Source: Mobula hypostoma (taxonomy: Eukaryota). From it: a DNA stretch of 60,000 nt. The translations under genes and the position numbers were made by a program. Under the pieces are notes generated by a model that had not been told where the DNA came from, searched no databases, and saw only the letters and a program-made list of their open reading frames with translations. Below are positions 39,785 through 50,432 of this stretch, piece by piece. How positions within the stretch are numbered: the stretch's first letter is position 1; each line of letters opens with the position of its first letter. Location of the stretch: the NCBI RefSeq assembly GCF_963921235.1, contig NC_086107.1, positions 107,572,001-107,632,000 of the forward strand. The letters are read 5' to 3'.

Positions 39785-39820
39785 AGTCGACGTTTCGGGC
39801 TGAGACCCTTTGTCAGGACT
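39785..39820 (-). ncRNA. Minimal type I hammerhead ribozyme motif in Penelope terminal repeat (CUGANGA mutated to CUGACAA)
   Basis: Minus strand AGTC-CTGACAA-A-GGGT-CTCA-GCCC-GAAAC-GTC-GACT: stem I AGTC/GACT, stem II, palindromic stem III and a GUC cleavage triplet. Confidence 0.75.
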
Positions 39821-40952
39821 AACTGAAAGAAGAGCTAGTAAGAGATTTGAAAGTGGGAGGCGGAGGAGGACATCTGAAATGATAGGAGAAGACAGGAGGA
39901 GGAGGAATGGAGCCAAGAGCTGGACAGTGATTTGCAAAAGGGATATGAGAGGATCATGGGACAGGAGGCCCAGGGAGAAAGAAAAGGGGGAGGGGGGAGA
40001 AAACCAGAGGATGGGCAAGGGGTATAGTGAGGGGGCAGAGGGAGAAAAAGAAGAGAGAGAAAAAGAATGTGAATATATAAATAAATAATGGATGGGGACC
40101 GAGGGGGAGGTGGGGCATTAGCGGAAGTTTGAGAAGTCAATGTTCATGTCATCAGGTTGGAGGCTACCCAGACGGAATATAAGGTGTTGTTCCTCCAACC
40201 TGAGCGTGGCTTCATCTTGACAGTAGAGGAGGCCGTGGATAGACATATCAGAATGGGAATGGGACGTGGAATTAAAATGTGTGGCCACTGGAAGATCCTG
40301 CTTTCTCTGGTGTACAGAGTGTAGGTGTTCAGTGAAATGATCTCCCAATCTGTGTCGGGTCTCGCCAAGAAGACCACATCAGGAGCACCGGATGCAGTAT
40401 ATCACTCTCCAGCCGACTCACAGGTGAAGTGTCACCTCACCTGGAAGGACTGTCTGGGGCCCTGAATGGTTGTGAGGGAGGAAGTGTAAGGGCATGTGTA
40501 GCACTTGTTCTGCTTACAAGGATAAGTGCCAGGAGGGAGATCGGTGGGGAGGGATGGGGGGGGTCGAATGGACAAGGGAGTTTCGTAGGGAGGGATCCCT
40601 GCGGAAGGCAGAGGTGGGGGGGAGGGAATGATGTGCTTAGTGGTGGGATTCCGTTGGAGGTGGCGGAAATTACGGAGAATTATATGTTGGACCCAGAGGC
40701 TGGCGGGGTGGTAGGTGAGGACAAGGGGAACCCTATTCCTAGTGGGGTGGCAGGAGGATGGAGTGAGAGCAGATATGCGTGAAATGGGGGAGATGCGTTT
40801 GAGAGCAGAGTTGATGGTGGAGGAAGGGAAGCCCCTGTCTTTAAAAAAGGAGGACAACTCCTTTGTCCTGGAATGAGAAGCCTCATTCTGAGAGCAGATG
40901 CGGTGGAGACGGAGGAATTGCGAGAAGGGGATGGCATTTTTGCAAGAGACAG

Positions 40953-41320
40953 TGGATGGAGAACCAGTGGATGTGGTATATTTGGATTTTGGGAGAACCA
41001 GTGGATGTGGTATATTTGGATTTTGGGAGAACCAGTGGATGTGGTATATTTGGATTTTCAGAAGGCTTTTGACAAGGTCCCACACAGGAGATTAGTATGC
41101 AAACTTAAAGCACACGGTATTGATGTGGATAGGGAATTGATTGGCAGACAGGAAGCAAAGAGTGGGAATAAATGGGACCTTTTTAGAATGGCAGGCAGTG
41201 ACTAGTGGGATACCGCAAGGCTCAGTGCTGGGACCCCAGTTGTTTACAATATATATTAATGATTTAGACGAGGGAATTAAATGCAGCATCTCCAGGTTTG
41301 CAGATGACACGAAGCTGGGA
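40953..41320 (+). mobile_element. CR1 RT segment embedded in the Penelope insertion
   Basis: [43 protein letters not shown], with no CR1 3' tail and no TSD. Very similar to 34970-35265. Confidence 0.9.
40958..41058. repeat. 34-bp tandem triplication
   Basis: GGAGAACCAGTGGATGTGGTATATTTGGATTTT(G) starts at 40958, 40992 and 41026. Confidence 0.95.
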
Positions 41321-41579
41321 GATCCGAAATGATAGGAGAAGACAGGAGGGGGAGGGATGGAGCCAAGAGCTGGACAGTTGATTGGCGAAAGGAATATGAG
41401 AGGATCATGGGACAGGAGGCCCAGGGAGAAAGAAAAGGGGGAGGGGGGAGAAAAACCCAGAGGATGGAAAGGGGTATAGTGAGAGGGACAGAGGGAGAAA
41501 AAGGCTCCTGTCTTCTATCATTTCGGATCTCCCCCTCCCCCTCCCACTTTCAAATCTCTTACTAGCTCTTCTTTCAGTT

Positions 41580-41615
41580 AGTCCTGATGAAGGGTCTCGG
41601 CCTGAATCGTCGACT
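41580..41615 (+). ncRNA. Minimal type I hammerhead ribozyme motif (GAAA mutated to GAAT)
   Basis: AGTC-CTGATGA-A-GGGT-CTCG-GCCT-GAATC-GTC-GACT, the inverted copy of 39785-39820. Confidence 0.75.
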
Positions 41616-42464
41616 ATACCTCTTGCTAGAGATGCTGCCTGGTCTGCTGCGTTCACCAGCAACTTTTATGTGTGTTGCTTGAAATTCCAGCATCTGCAGA
41701 TTTCCTCGTGGTTGGGATCAAGTCCCTCTCTCTCTTCTGAACAACTCCAGGAAAAAGCAGCCTGCTTGATTGGCAGCCCATTCATCACATTATATATTCA
41801 TTCTCTCCACTGCTTTTATGGTATAGGTATATATTGTACCATATATACAGTGGTAGCATTTTATCAGATTGTCAAACTACCCTTAATGACCCAGACATAT
41901 GCTTTCTATCACCCAGAAAGGCAATGATCAGCAGATATATTAGATAACTTGAGTTAGAAATTATCACAGCTTGGAAATAAATGGGCATTACTTTGTTGTC
42001 ATAGAGTCAGAATGTGAAACTCCATACCAAGCAATACTAGACTTCATGGAGAAGGATTATTATTAATGTATCAAGGGTAATTGGGGATTGATGTTAAATA
42101 CTAGCCTTACTAAATATGCCATATAAATGAATATAAATGACTTGAGGATTGCAGCTAAATGTCACAGGATTATGAGTGAGTTTATTTTATAAAATGATAT
42201 TTTCTCTCTTTATTTCTCTCTTACTTGTACCTTTTCCATCACACTGATCTAGGGTTTTCTAAATACTTGGTCTCTGGGAATACCAGTACATCCTATTCCC
42301 CCAGATCAGACATGATTGTACCTTGGAATCATATTGCCTTTCCTCCTTTACCACTGATTCAGAATCCCAGAACCCTGCATCCTAAACTGTAATTCTTTAG
42401 TTTGCATGTCCCTGAGTGTGCTGTTTATACTTCCTTTGTGTTTGTTTGCATGCTGCTGAAATAG

Positions 42465-42730
42465 CAAGGGTTACTGGGGTGCAACATGATGTCACTGACA
42501 ATGAGTGACAATACAGCCTATTCCTTTGGCTGTACCCGCATGCGCTTTCCTATCAGGAACTACTCAGCAGTGGCAACTGGGCTTGAATTTATTTTTTTTG
42601 TTAGACGTGCTCAAATTGGAGACATGGAAGCTTCCATACATCCAAGGTGAGCACGTCTAACAAAAGTCAATTACTTATCTTTGCTATAGCAGAAATCGAA
42701 AATCTGGTCAGCATCATGGTAACAATTGCA
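42465..42730 (+). promoter_or_regulatory. Candidate promoter / first exon A
   Basis: X-box-like GTTACTGGGGTGCAAC (42470), CRE-like TGATGTCA (42487), NRF1-like CGCATGCGC (42537), GACATGG and a strong donor AAG|gtgagc at 42647. Confidence 0.35.
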
Positions 42731-43559
42731 TGTGATAGGGGGCTATAACAGGAGTTAAAAATGGGTCATGTAATTCAATACTATTTATCTTTTAGCTTCA
42801 ACCCAGAAAAGCATAAATATAATTTAAAAACTGCATCTATGTTGTATTTGATAATCGAATGAGTTTATTGCTCATTTAGAACCAGGTGCACAGAGCTAGG
42901 TAGTACACCATATAGGCCATTGTGAAAACAGCTTGACTGTTTCATTCCTTGATGCTTTTAAGTCTAAATGGTAGATTTATTTTGTTTGTCAAAGTCAGGC
43001 TGGTTGAAATTAGTGGCGCAGTTGAGGCATTTGTGGCTGGTTGAATTAACCATAAATGTTAATAATTAAACTTAACGTGTGCTCTAGACGTAAGGTTATT
43101 TGTGCAATGTGACAGTTGGCAAGGTGGGAGAAGGGTTTGGTGAATGTTCGGATTCTGCTCAAAAAGCAAATGCTGGGCCTTAACCTACGAAGAGAAATTT
43201 AGAAATAAAGTTAATGGGAAACATTTATTAGGGTGCTGGAGGAAAGGGCTGCAACACCGGAGCTCCCAGGAAACTCCTGGATGGGCAGTGGATTATTGGG
43301 AGTGTGAATGGTGCAATACAATTGCTGATTGTAGGTAAGTTGTATCATGCATTGACCACACAATGTGGAAAGTTCAACACTTATCTGGGTGTCTACTGGA
43401 ACAAATAACTTGCAGGAAGGCAGTGGAAGAGTTAACGCTGTTGCTAAGTTGCAGATTGCTCTGGTGCTGTAAGCAGAGGGATTAACCTTACAGGGTTCTG
43501 CTGCATGTTCGAACATGTAAACTACCAATCAGAGTCCCTGTGCTTCCAGGGAAGGTGGG

Positions 43560-43850
43560 ACTCAGCCTCTCTCGCTCTCTCTCCCTTACCCCACCTCTCC
43601 ATTTGATTGATGGGACAATAGATCACATGACAGCCTCTCTCTGAAGGTCACAAATAAAAGCTTCCCACAGAAGCTAGCTCTTAAGTTCCTGCCAAAATGG
43701 CCGCCACAGTCTCTGCTGGCTTTTGAGCGTTGTTTTTTTTTAAAGAGAAGAGAGATCAGTTTTTTTTTGATTTATTATTCTTCTTTTGCTCTTGCCTTGA
43801 ATGCCTCAACTTGCTGGATCCTTGCACTGCTGCACTTTATGAGGTTTGTG
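43560..43850 (+). promoter_or_regulatory. Candidate promoter / 5'UTR first exon B
   Basis: CT-rich tract, E-box TCACATGA (43623), AT-rich AATAAAAG (about 43653), YY1-type CAAAATGGCCGCC (43693-43705) and possible donor GAG|gtttgt at 43844. Lies in a repeat-poor block. Confidence 0.45.
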
Positions 43851-45294
43851 ACTGATGCCTGTTCCTGTGGGTTGGGCTATTTTTAAAAAAAAAATTCAAC
43901 AACACTGTTTAGTCTGTCTGGCAGCAAACAGCTACAGGGTTGGAACCTGGGCCTGGTTTAAAAAGGCCACAGCCATTTTATGAAAGCGGGTGGGTGGGAG
44001 GGGAAATGGTGGCTTTAAACTTTAAAGATGCTATTCCTTTCCAAAAGTCGGAAGGGTTGAAGATTCTGCAAAATAACGCCATGCTGTAAATGAGCAGCTG
44101 CTGATCAATTTTCATTGCAAATGTGTATTGTCTGGCAAAGCAGTGAACACTAAATTATTTTCTCCCAAATCTTTTTGCTTTCATGCTGTTTTACCAATTT
44201 TTAAAATAAATGGCAAGTTGGTACAAGGAGGATTGTTCTTGCACCAGTCATTTTGATGGCGGAAAAAGGTCTTGTTTCCTCTGGCAAAGGGTGCTTTCTA
44301 ACCAATTAGGTTTGATTTGCAAAACTGCCAAGTAGCTGGTTGAACTTACTTATAACATTGCGGGATAGTCTAACTAATTATAATTTCGAAATCTTTCAGT
44401 AAATCAGAACTGCAAAACTGTTATTGGTTAAAATGCTCATAATTTTAAAATTTATTTCACATCTTTTTTTTAAAGATCAGACAGTCTGCTGCAGTTTTTA
44501 AATTGGTAATGTCGGATAGGTCCAGAAATTGCTTGCTTGTTTTGTCGTTACCCTGTCATTAACAACGCAAACCATGGTTGTGATCACAGCCAGTAAATTC
44601 CATATTCAAATTAAACTCCAATGTGAGCTTCTCTCTCCCCCCCCCCCATTAAGTTTGCATGATATGTGTGCTCAGTTGTTTTGTTTTTGGATCCTGAAGT
44701 ACTATGTGATATCTTGTTTTGTCTGCTATATGTTCTTCTCTCTTAGAGGATGACAGGGAGAGGGGATGGATGGTGGTTATACTGCCAATGGTCTCATGCG
44801 TGAAAGCAGTTCCTTGTATTGGGAAGGTCATGAGTTCCGGCTTTTGGATTTGTGAGGCACCTCAATCTTCCTGCTCTTTTACCAGTAGTTTGGAAAGATT
44901 GTTGTAAAATTGACTTGAGAAAGAGTGACACACGATTAGCAGTTGGGAGCAGAGAAGGACTGTTGATGGTAATTGAATGAAGGAGCAAAGAATATCTTTG
45001 CTAGTACGACTGGAGTAGAACTTAGAATATTAAAGTTCAGTGTCATGTCTTCAAGCTTTCTGAAAAAATATGTATTTTAGATGTGTGTTCATTGGAGCAT
45101 GTGAGAATAGTTTTGCTGTGCTTTGGTTTATTCAGGATATTGGACATGAACAAATGGGATTATTACCAAGCAAAGGTTGTGTGGATAAGTGTGGATTGAC
45201 CAGTGGTCAAATTCCGATGACCAGAGAATCAGGTGTATTATCAATGACGTATGTTGTGAAAATTGTAATTTTTTGTGGCAATGGTACAGTGCAT

Positions 45295-46115
45295 CTAAGT
45301 AGTGCAAAAAGAGCAAACAATAGTAAGGTAGTGTCATGACTTAATTGTCCATTCAGAAATCTGATGGCAGAGTAGAAGAAGCTGTTCTAAAATGTTGCGT
45401 GTGTGACCTCAAGCTCCTGCATCTCCTGTGATGGTGGTAATGAGCATGCCCTGGGTGTTGGGCGTCCTTAATGATGGATGCTGCCTTTTTGAGGCATTGT
45501 CTTTTGAAGGTAGCCTTGATGCTGGGGAGGATAGTGCCCATGATGGAGCTGGCTGAGTTTGCAACCCTTTGCAGTTTCTTCCAGTCCTGTGCAGTGGCCC
45601 CTCCGTACCAGATGGTGATGCAACCAGTTAGAATTCTCTGCATGATATATCTGGAGAAATTTGCTGGAGTCTTTGGTGAGATACCAGATTTCCTCAAACT
45701 CTTAATAAGATATAGCTACTGGCAAGCCCTCTTTGTAATTGCATCAATATGTTGGGACTAAGATGGGTCTTCAGAGATGTTGACACCCAGGAATTTTTAA
45801 AACTGCTGACCCCTCAGGAAGGTGTAGTTGAAGGAATACACACCAGTCTTTACTGAAGTCCACAGTTCCTTGGTCTGCTAACATTTAGTGCAAAGTTGAT
45901 GTTGTGACACATTCAACCAGACAGTCTTATCTTACTCCTCTATGCCTCTGACGCATCCTGAGTTGTGTCATTGTTGAATTTATAGATGCCGTTTGCACTG
46001 TGCTTAGCCACACTTTCATAGGTGTAGAAAGAATAGAGCAGTGGGCTAAGCACACATTTTTGAGGTGCCCCAGTGTTGATTCTCAGCAAGGAGATGATGC
46101 TATTTCCAATCCGAC
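45295..46115 (-). mobile_element. Rex1/Babar-type LINE 3' fragment
   Basis: ORF 45353-45697 ILTGCITIWYG..KKLQRV..CLKKAASIIKDAQHPGH. Confidence 0.85.
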
Positions 46116-48617
46116 CTTAATGACATTCAAGAGAAAGCTGAGAAGGAAAAGGCTAGCGTAATATATAAATGGACTTATAAAAGAAAGAAGCAAAATATAA
46201 AATGAAGTATCGTACACCTAATATTAACATATAGGGTAATGGCAGAAAATATTTGATTTTTTTTAAATAGGTTCCCAAATGGTTGAAGTAAAGTAAGTAT
46301 AAGTCAGGAAATAGAAGTGCATGTAACAAGAATAATGAAGTAAGCATGGGGGATTTTAACCTGTAGCTTGACTGGGTAAGATGTTGACAGTTTTAGTGTG
46401 GAGGATGAACAAAATATGGTTTTCTAACTGAGTGTTGAAGAATCTAAAACTGGAGGGGTGAAGTATTTCTTTAAATGGTCAGAAAAGTGCTTGGTAAGCC
46501 TTGGGTATCCTTGTACATAAATGGCACTAGTAGAACTTCATCTGAAAAATGGTATACCAATCTCAATCTCTCTATCCAAAAACAGCAAGGGTCCACAATT
46601 TTCTGGGCTGGTAGCTTTGTTGTATGATGAAGCATTACATCATGCAACTCCAAGGGTGTGGGAGATGCAGGGATGATGATGGTGTTTGCATGCCAGGGCC
46701 ACACAAGAAGTTGGCTATTCAGAGCAGAAGAAATTCCTTTCACCAGAAAATAGTGATCCTTTGGAATTCTTTGACCAGGAGGGCTGTGAAGGCTCAGTTG
46801 CTGAGATCTGACTTTTAGATATTAAGGGATTCAACATATAGGGCAGAAAAGGGCTGCTGAATAAATTGGCCATGATCTGAATGGCCTATTCCTATTTCTA
46901 TTGTGTTCCCAAATGCATTGATAAGGTGCTGCAGAAGATTGAAGGCTAAGGAATAAAAGGGACTGGACAAGTATTGATAGAAAAATGGGTAAATAAAAGG
47001 AAGATGGTTAGCAGTAAAAGATTGTTTATTGGACTGGAGGAAAGTGTATGGTGGAGTTTCTTGGCAGTCTGTACTATGACCACTATTTTTCCTCAATATT
47101 TGATGCTGAGGAAAGTGAAGTTCTACATTTTAGTAGTCAATGAGAAAGGACAAGATTAAAGAGCAATATTCTAAGTGTTGCAAAAAGGAATATACTTTGG
47201 CTTGTATGTGCATAGTTCATTGGAAAGTGGAGAATTTTGTGAGAGTTGTTTCAAACAAAAGTGTATGGATATCTTGCCTTTAAGTAGAAGCGATAGAATT
47301 GGAAAGAGTAAAAAAAACATAGTGATCCTTTATCAAATGCTGGTTTGCCACAATTGAAGTATTCTGTGTTCCATGTTGTAGGAAATACATGAGAACTTGG
47401 GGAGGATGCCCGTATGATCCAGGATTTCAGGAATACACTGGTTGTTTTCCCAGGAACTAAGGAAATGGCAAGGAATCTGATAAATATTTAAAATCATGGA
47501 AGGTTTAGATACGAACTCCTCCTTTTTGGCTGATCAATAGCATGGGCAAAACAGTTGAAGTTGACATGAGGGGAAAAAAGTTACACAGCAAGTGGTAGGA
47601 CCTGAAAGGGACTACTATTGTAGTAGTAGCTAATTTCATTGTAGTGTTAAACAAGGAGCTGACAAAGTATTTGAAAGGATGGCATTCGTTGGCTTATGAG
47701 GAGGTGGCAGGGGAATGGGACTGTAACCAACCAAGAATTTTTTGAAGAATCTTAGAGCAGATTGAAGTCCAGTGCATGACAGTATGAATGAGAGATAAGA
47801 GTCTGCTTTCAGCTTCGGTATTTATAAGTAATAGTTTAAAGGCTTAAGATTATCAGATCAAATTGTTGATGGCACATGTTGAATTCTGTGTGATGCATGA
47901 TCCTAATAACAAAACCAGAGGGCTGTTGTGAACTTGAATCCCAGACTGGTTGTACTGCAACCCCAAACTTGTATTAAAATTTGGATTTGAAATCTAATCC
48001 CAAATCATAGCGTGAGCAGTAATTTCATTCTTTGTGACTGGTTGTTAGTTTTAGTGTGGTTTTTTGTGTAGCCTATGCCTAGTTACTGTCTATTACTCCC
48101 TCCTGTGTCATCTGAACCTCCTTGGTTTTGCTCTTTTAGTTGAAGTATTTATAAAGGCACAGGGAAAGCAAACAACACAGTTGTAGAGGCGGCCTGCTGG
48201 AATCATCTCTTACACCAAGACTGTTATATTGACTCTGGACTAAATTGCAGACCTTTGGTTTCATCTAGTGTTTTAAACAGGTCATGAGAGCATTCTTTGC
48301 AAAAATCTGATGTTGGCAAGCATTTCAGATGTATGAAAAAAAGACTAAGGAAGTAAGTGCTTAGTTTCTAATATGATCAGTACTGCATATCCTTAGGGCG
48401 TTTGGATTTTGAGGCATCTGGTGCTTTGCATCTGAACATTGGGAACCTGAATTGAAGGTCAAGATTGCCTTGAGCAAAAGAGTCCTTTGATATGAAGATG
48501 TGGATGTTTTAGTTGTAGAAATGAATAACAAGCTGCTATCTATTTTCTGTGCATTTATGGTGCAATTTGGTTTGACAAGTTAACATGGCATCCACGTTGT
48601 GAATCTACTTACAAGGA

Positions 48618-48880
48618 CGTCCCTTCAGAACAGAGATGAGGAATTTCTTTAGCCAGCGGGTGGTGAATCTGGAATTCATTGCCACAGGCAGCCGTGAAGC
48701 CCAAGTCATTCGATATATTTAAAGTGGAAGTTGATAGATTTGTGATTAGTAAAGACATCCAAGGTTACGGAGAGAAGGCAGGAGAATGATGTTGAGAGGG
48801 ACAATAAATTGGTTATGATGGAATGGCAGAGCAGACTTGATGAGCAGAATGGCCTAATTCTGCTACTATGTTTTATGGTT
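48618..48880 (+). mobile_element. CR1 3' end fragment
   Basis: CCCTTCAGAACAGAGATGAGGAATTTCTTTAGCCAG..GGCCTAATTCTGCTACTATGTTTTATGG, the same tail as 8850-9067 and 26100-26335. Confidence 0.85.
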
Positions 48881-49444
48881 TTATCTGTGATTATGTTGTG
48901 CCCAGGCAGAAGTAATACCTGATCATTTTGGTATAAGAGATCAACGTGATACACAATAGGCCCAGAATGTTGCTGTAAACATGTCAGTAAATCCAATGAA
49001 ATTTGCACTTACTGGGACGTTTTATGCAGCAAATTAAATTAGATCCAACAGTGGAGTTGTGGAGGGTATATTTGGAAAGTAGAATCAACACTACAAGAAA
49101 AAGCAATTTGTACTATGTGTAATGGGTTAATCTTTGATATGGTGGGTAAGTTACTGAATGAGCAATCCCAAAGTCCTGGACCATTGATTTGAAGGTGTGT
49201 TTGAATTTCACCATGGTGGTTGAGAGATTTAGATACATAGGATTTAAAAAAAGTAGGATCCATAACGGTGACCATGAAACTGCCAGGTTGTTGAAAGTTC
49301 ATTCTGGTAATTAGTGAGCTTTAGGGAAAGGGATCTAATTCTCTTGCCCATCTAGCATGTATGTGACTCTGGATTTCACAAAAATATGCATTTGATGCTT
49401 TTCTCAGAAGTGCGCAAAGAAGCCATTCATCTCAGTGGCTATTT

Positions 49445-49738
49445 ATAGGCATCCGTTAGTCTCGTGAGACCATGGATTTGCGCCTTGGAAGGTCTCCAGG
49501 GCGCAGGCCTGGGCAAGGTTGTATGGAAGACCGGCAGTTGCCAATGCTGCAAGTGCCCCCTCTCCATGCACCGATGTTGTCCAAGGGAAGGGCACTAGGG
49601 CCGATATACCTTGGCACCAGTGTCGTCGCTGAGCAATGTGTGGTTAAGTGCCTTGCTCAAGGACACAACACGCTGCCTCAGCTGAGGCTCGAACAAGCGA
49701 CCTTCAGATCACTAGACTGGCGCCTTAACCACGCGCCA
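49445..49738 (-). mobile_element. tRNA-derived CORE-type SINE with an RTE-like tail, inserted in an older SINE (about 49140-49780)
   Basis: Minus strand: A box TGGCGCGTGGTTAAGG, B-box-like GTTCGAGCC, CORE-like GTGTCCTTGAGCAAGGCACTTAACCAC, and tail CAAATCCATGGTCTCACGAGACTAACGGATGCC. Imperfect TSD CAGTGGCTATT / CAATGGCCATT. Confidence 0.75.
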
Positions 49739-49927
49739 GCAATGGCCATTAGGGTTGGGAAATAGTAACACTTCCCTGAATGGGTCAGTTTTAGGGGAAA
49801 AGCTTCCCTAGGTGCAACTGTAGCAGGTGTCCATTCAGTCATGAGCATAAAATATTTTTTACCAAATTACATTAGTTCAAAAAGCAAACAGCTAGAGGAA
49901 CTCAGCAAAATGAGGGATCATCATTGA

Positions 49928-50432
49928 ACATAAAACAGTACAGCACAGGAATGGGCCCTTCGGTCCATAATGTTGTGCTGAACCAGCTAAAAAGCAAATC
50001 AAACACACCCAAACACTAAACCTTCTACCTACACAATGTCCATTTCCCTCCATCTTCCTTATATCCATGTGCCTGTGTAAACATCTCTTAAAAGCCTCTA
50101 ATGTATTTACCTCTACCACCATATCAGGCAGCGCATTACAGGCATCCATCACTTTGAGTTTTTAAAAAATAAAACTTGCCCCTTGCGTCCCCTTTGAACC
50201 TACTCCCTCTCACCTTCAATGCATACCTTTGGGTATTAGACATTTCAACCCTGGGAAACAGATATTTCCTGTCTGTTCTATCTATGCCTCTCAATCTTGT
50301 AAACTTCTAATTGATCTCCCCTCAGCCTCCAGTGCTTCAGGAAAGACAACCCAAGTTTATCCAGCCCCTCGTGATAGCACATGCCTTCTAAACCAGGCAG
50401 GATCCTGATGGACCTCTTTTGCACTCTCTCTA
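49928..50432 (-). mobile_element. CR1 3' fragment
   Basis: ALERVQKR..ILPGLE..LDKLGL..RLRGD..EVYK (50278-50619) and NALP..VVE..LEAFKRCL. Tail (AACATAAAAC)AGTACAGCACAGG..GGCCCTTCGG. Confidence 0.85.

Larger units (their letters stand above)
39724..41710 (-). mobile_element. Penelope-like element (RT C-terminus plus GIY-YIG endonuclease) with inverted terminal repeats and an internal CR1 segment
   Basis: Minus-strand CKNAIPFSQFLRLHRICS..LVLTYHP..PGTYPC..KCYTC (40432-40950) and GDHFTEH..PVATHFN..EEQHLIFRLGSLQP..NIDF (40118-40348). About 175-bp inverted repeat (39724-39899 vs 41505-41676) and a direct repeat (about 39873-40050 vs 41320-41503). Confidence 0.92.

Noticed and set aside
40958..41058. 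CRISPR-like array of ~34-bp repeats
   Set aside because: The units are directly adjacent with no spacers, the sequence is CR1 RT coding DNA, and the genome is eukaryotic.
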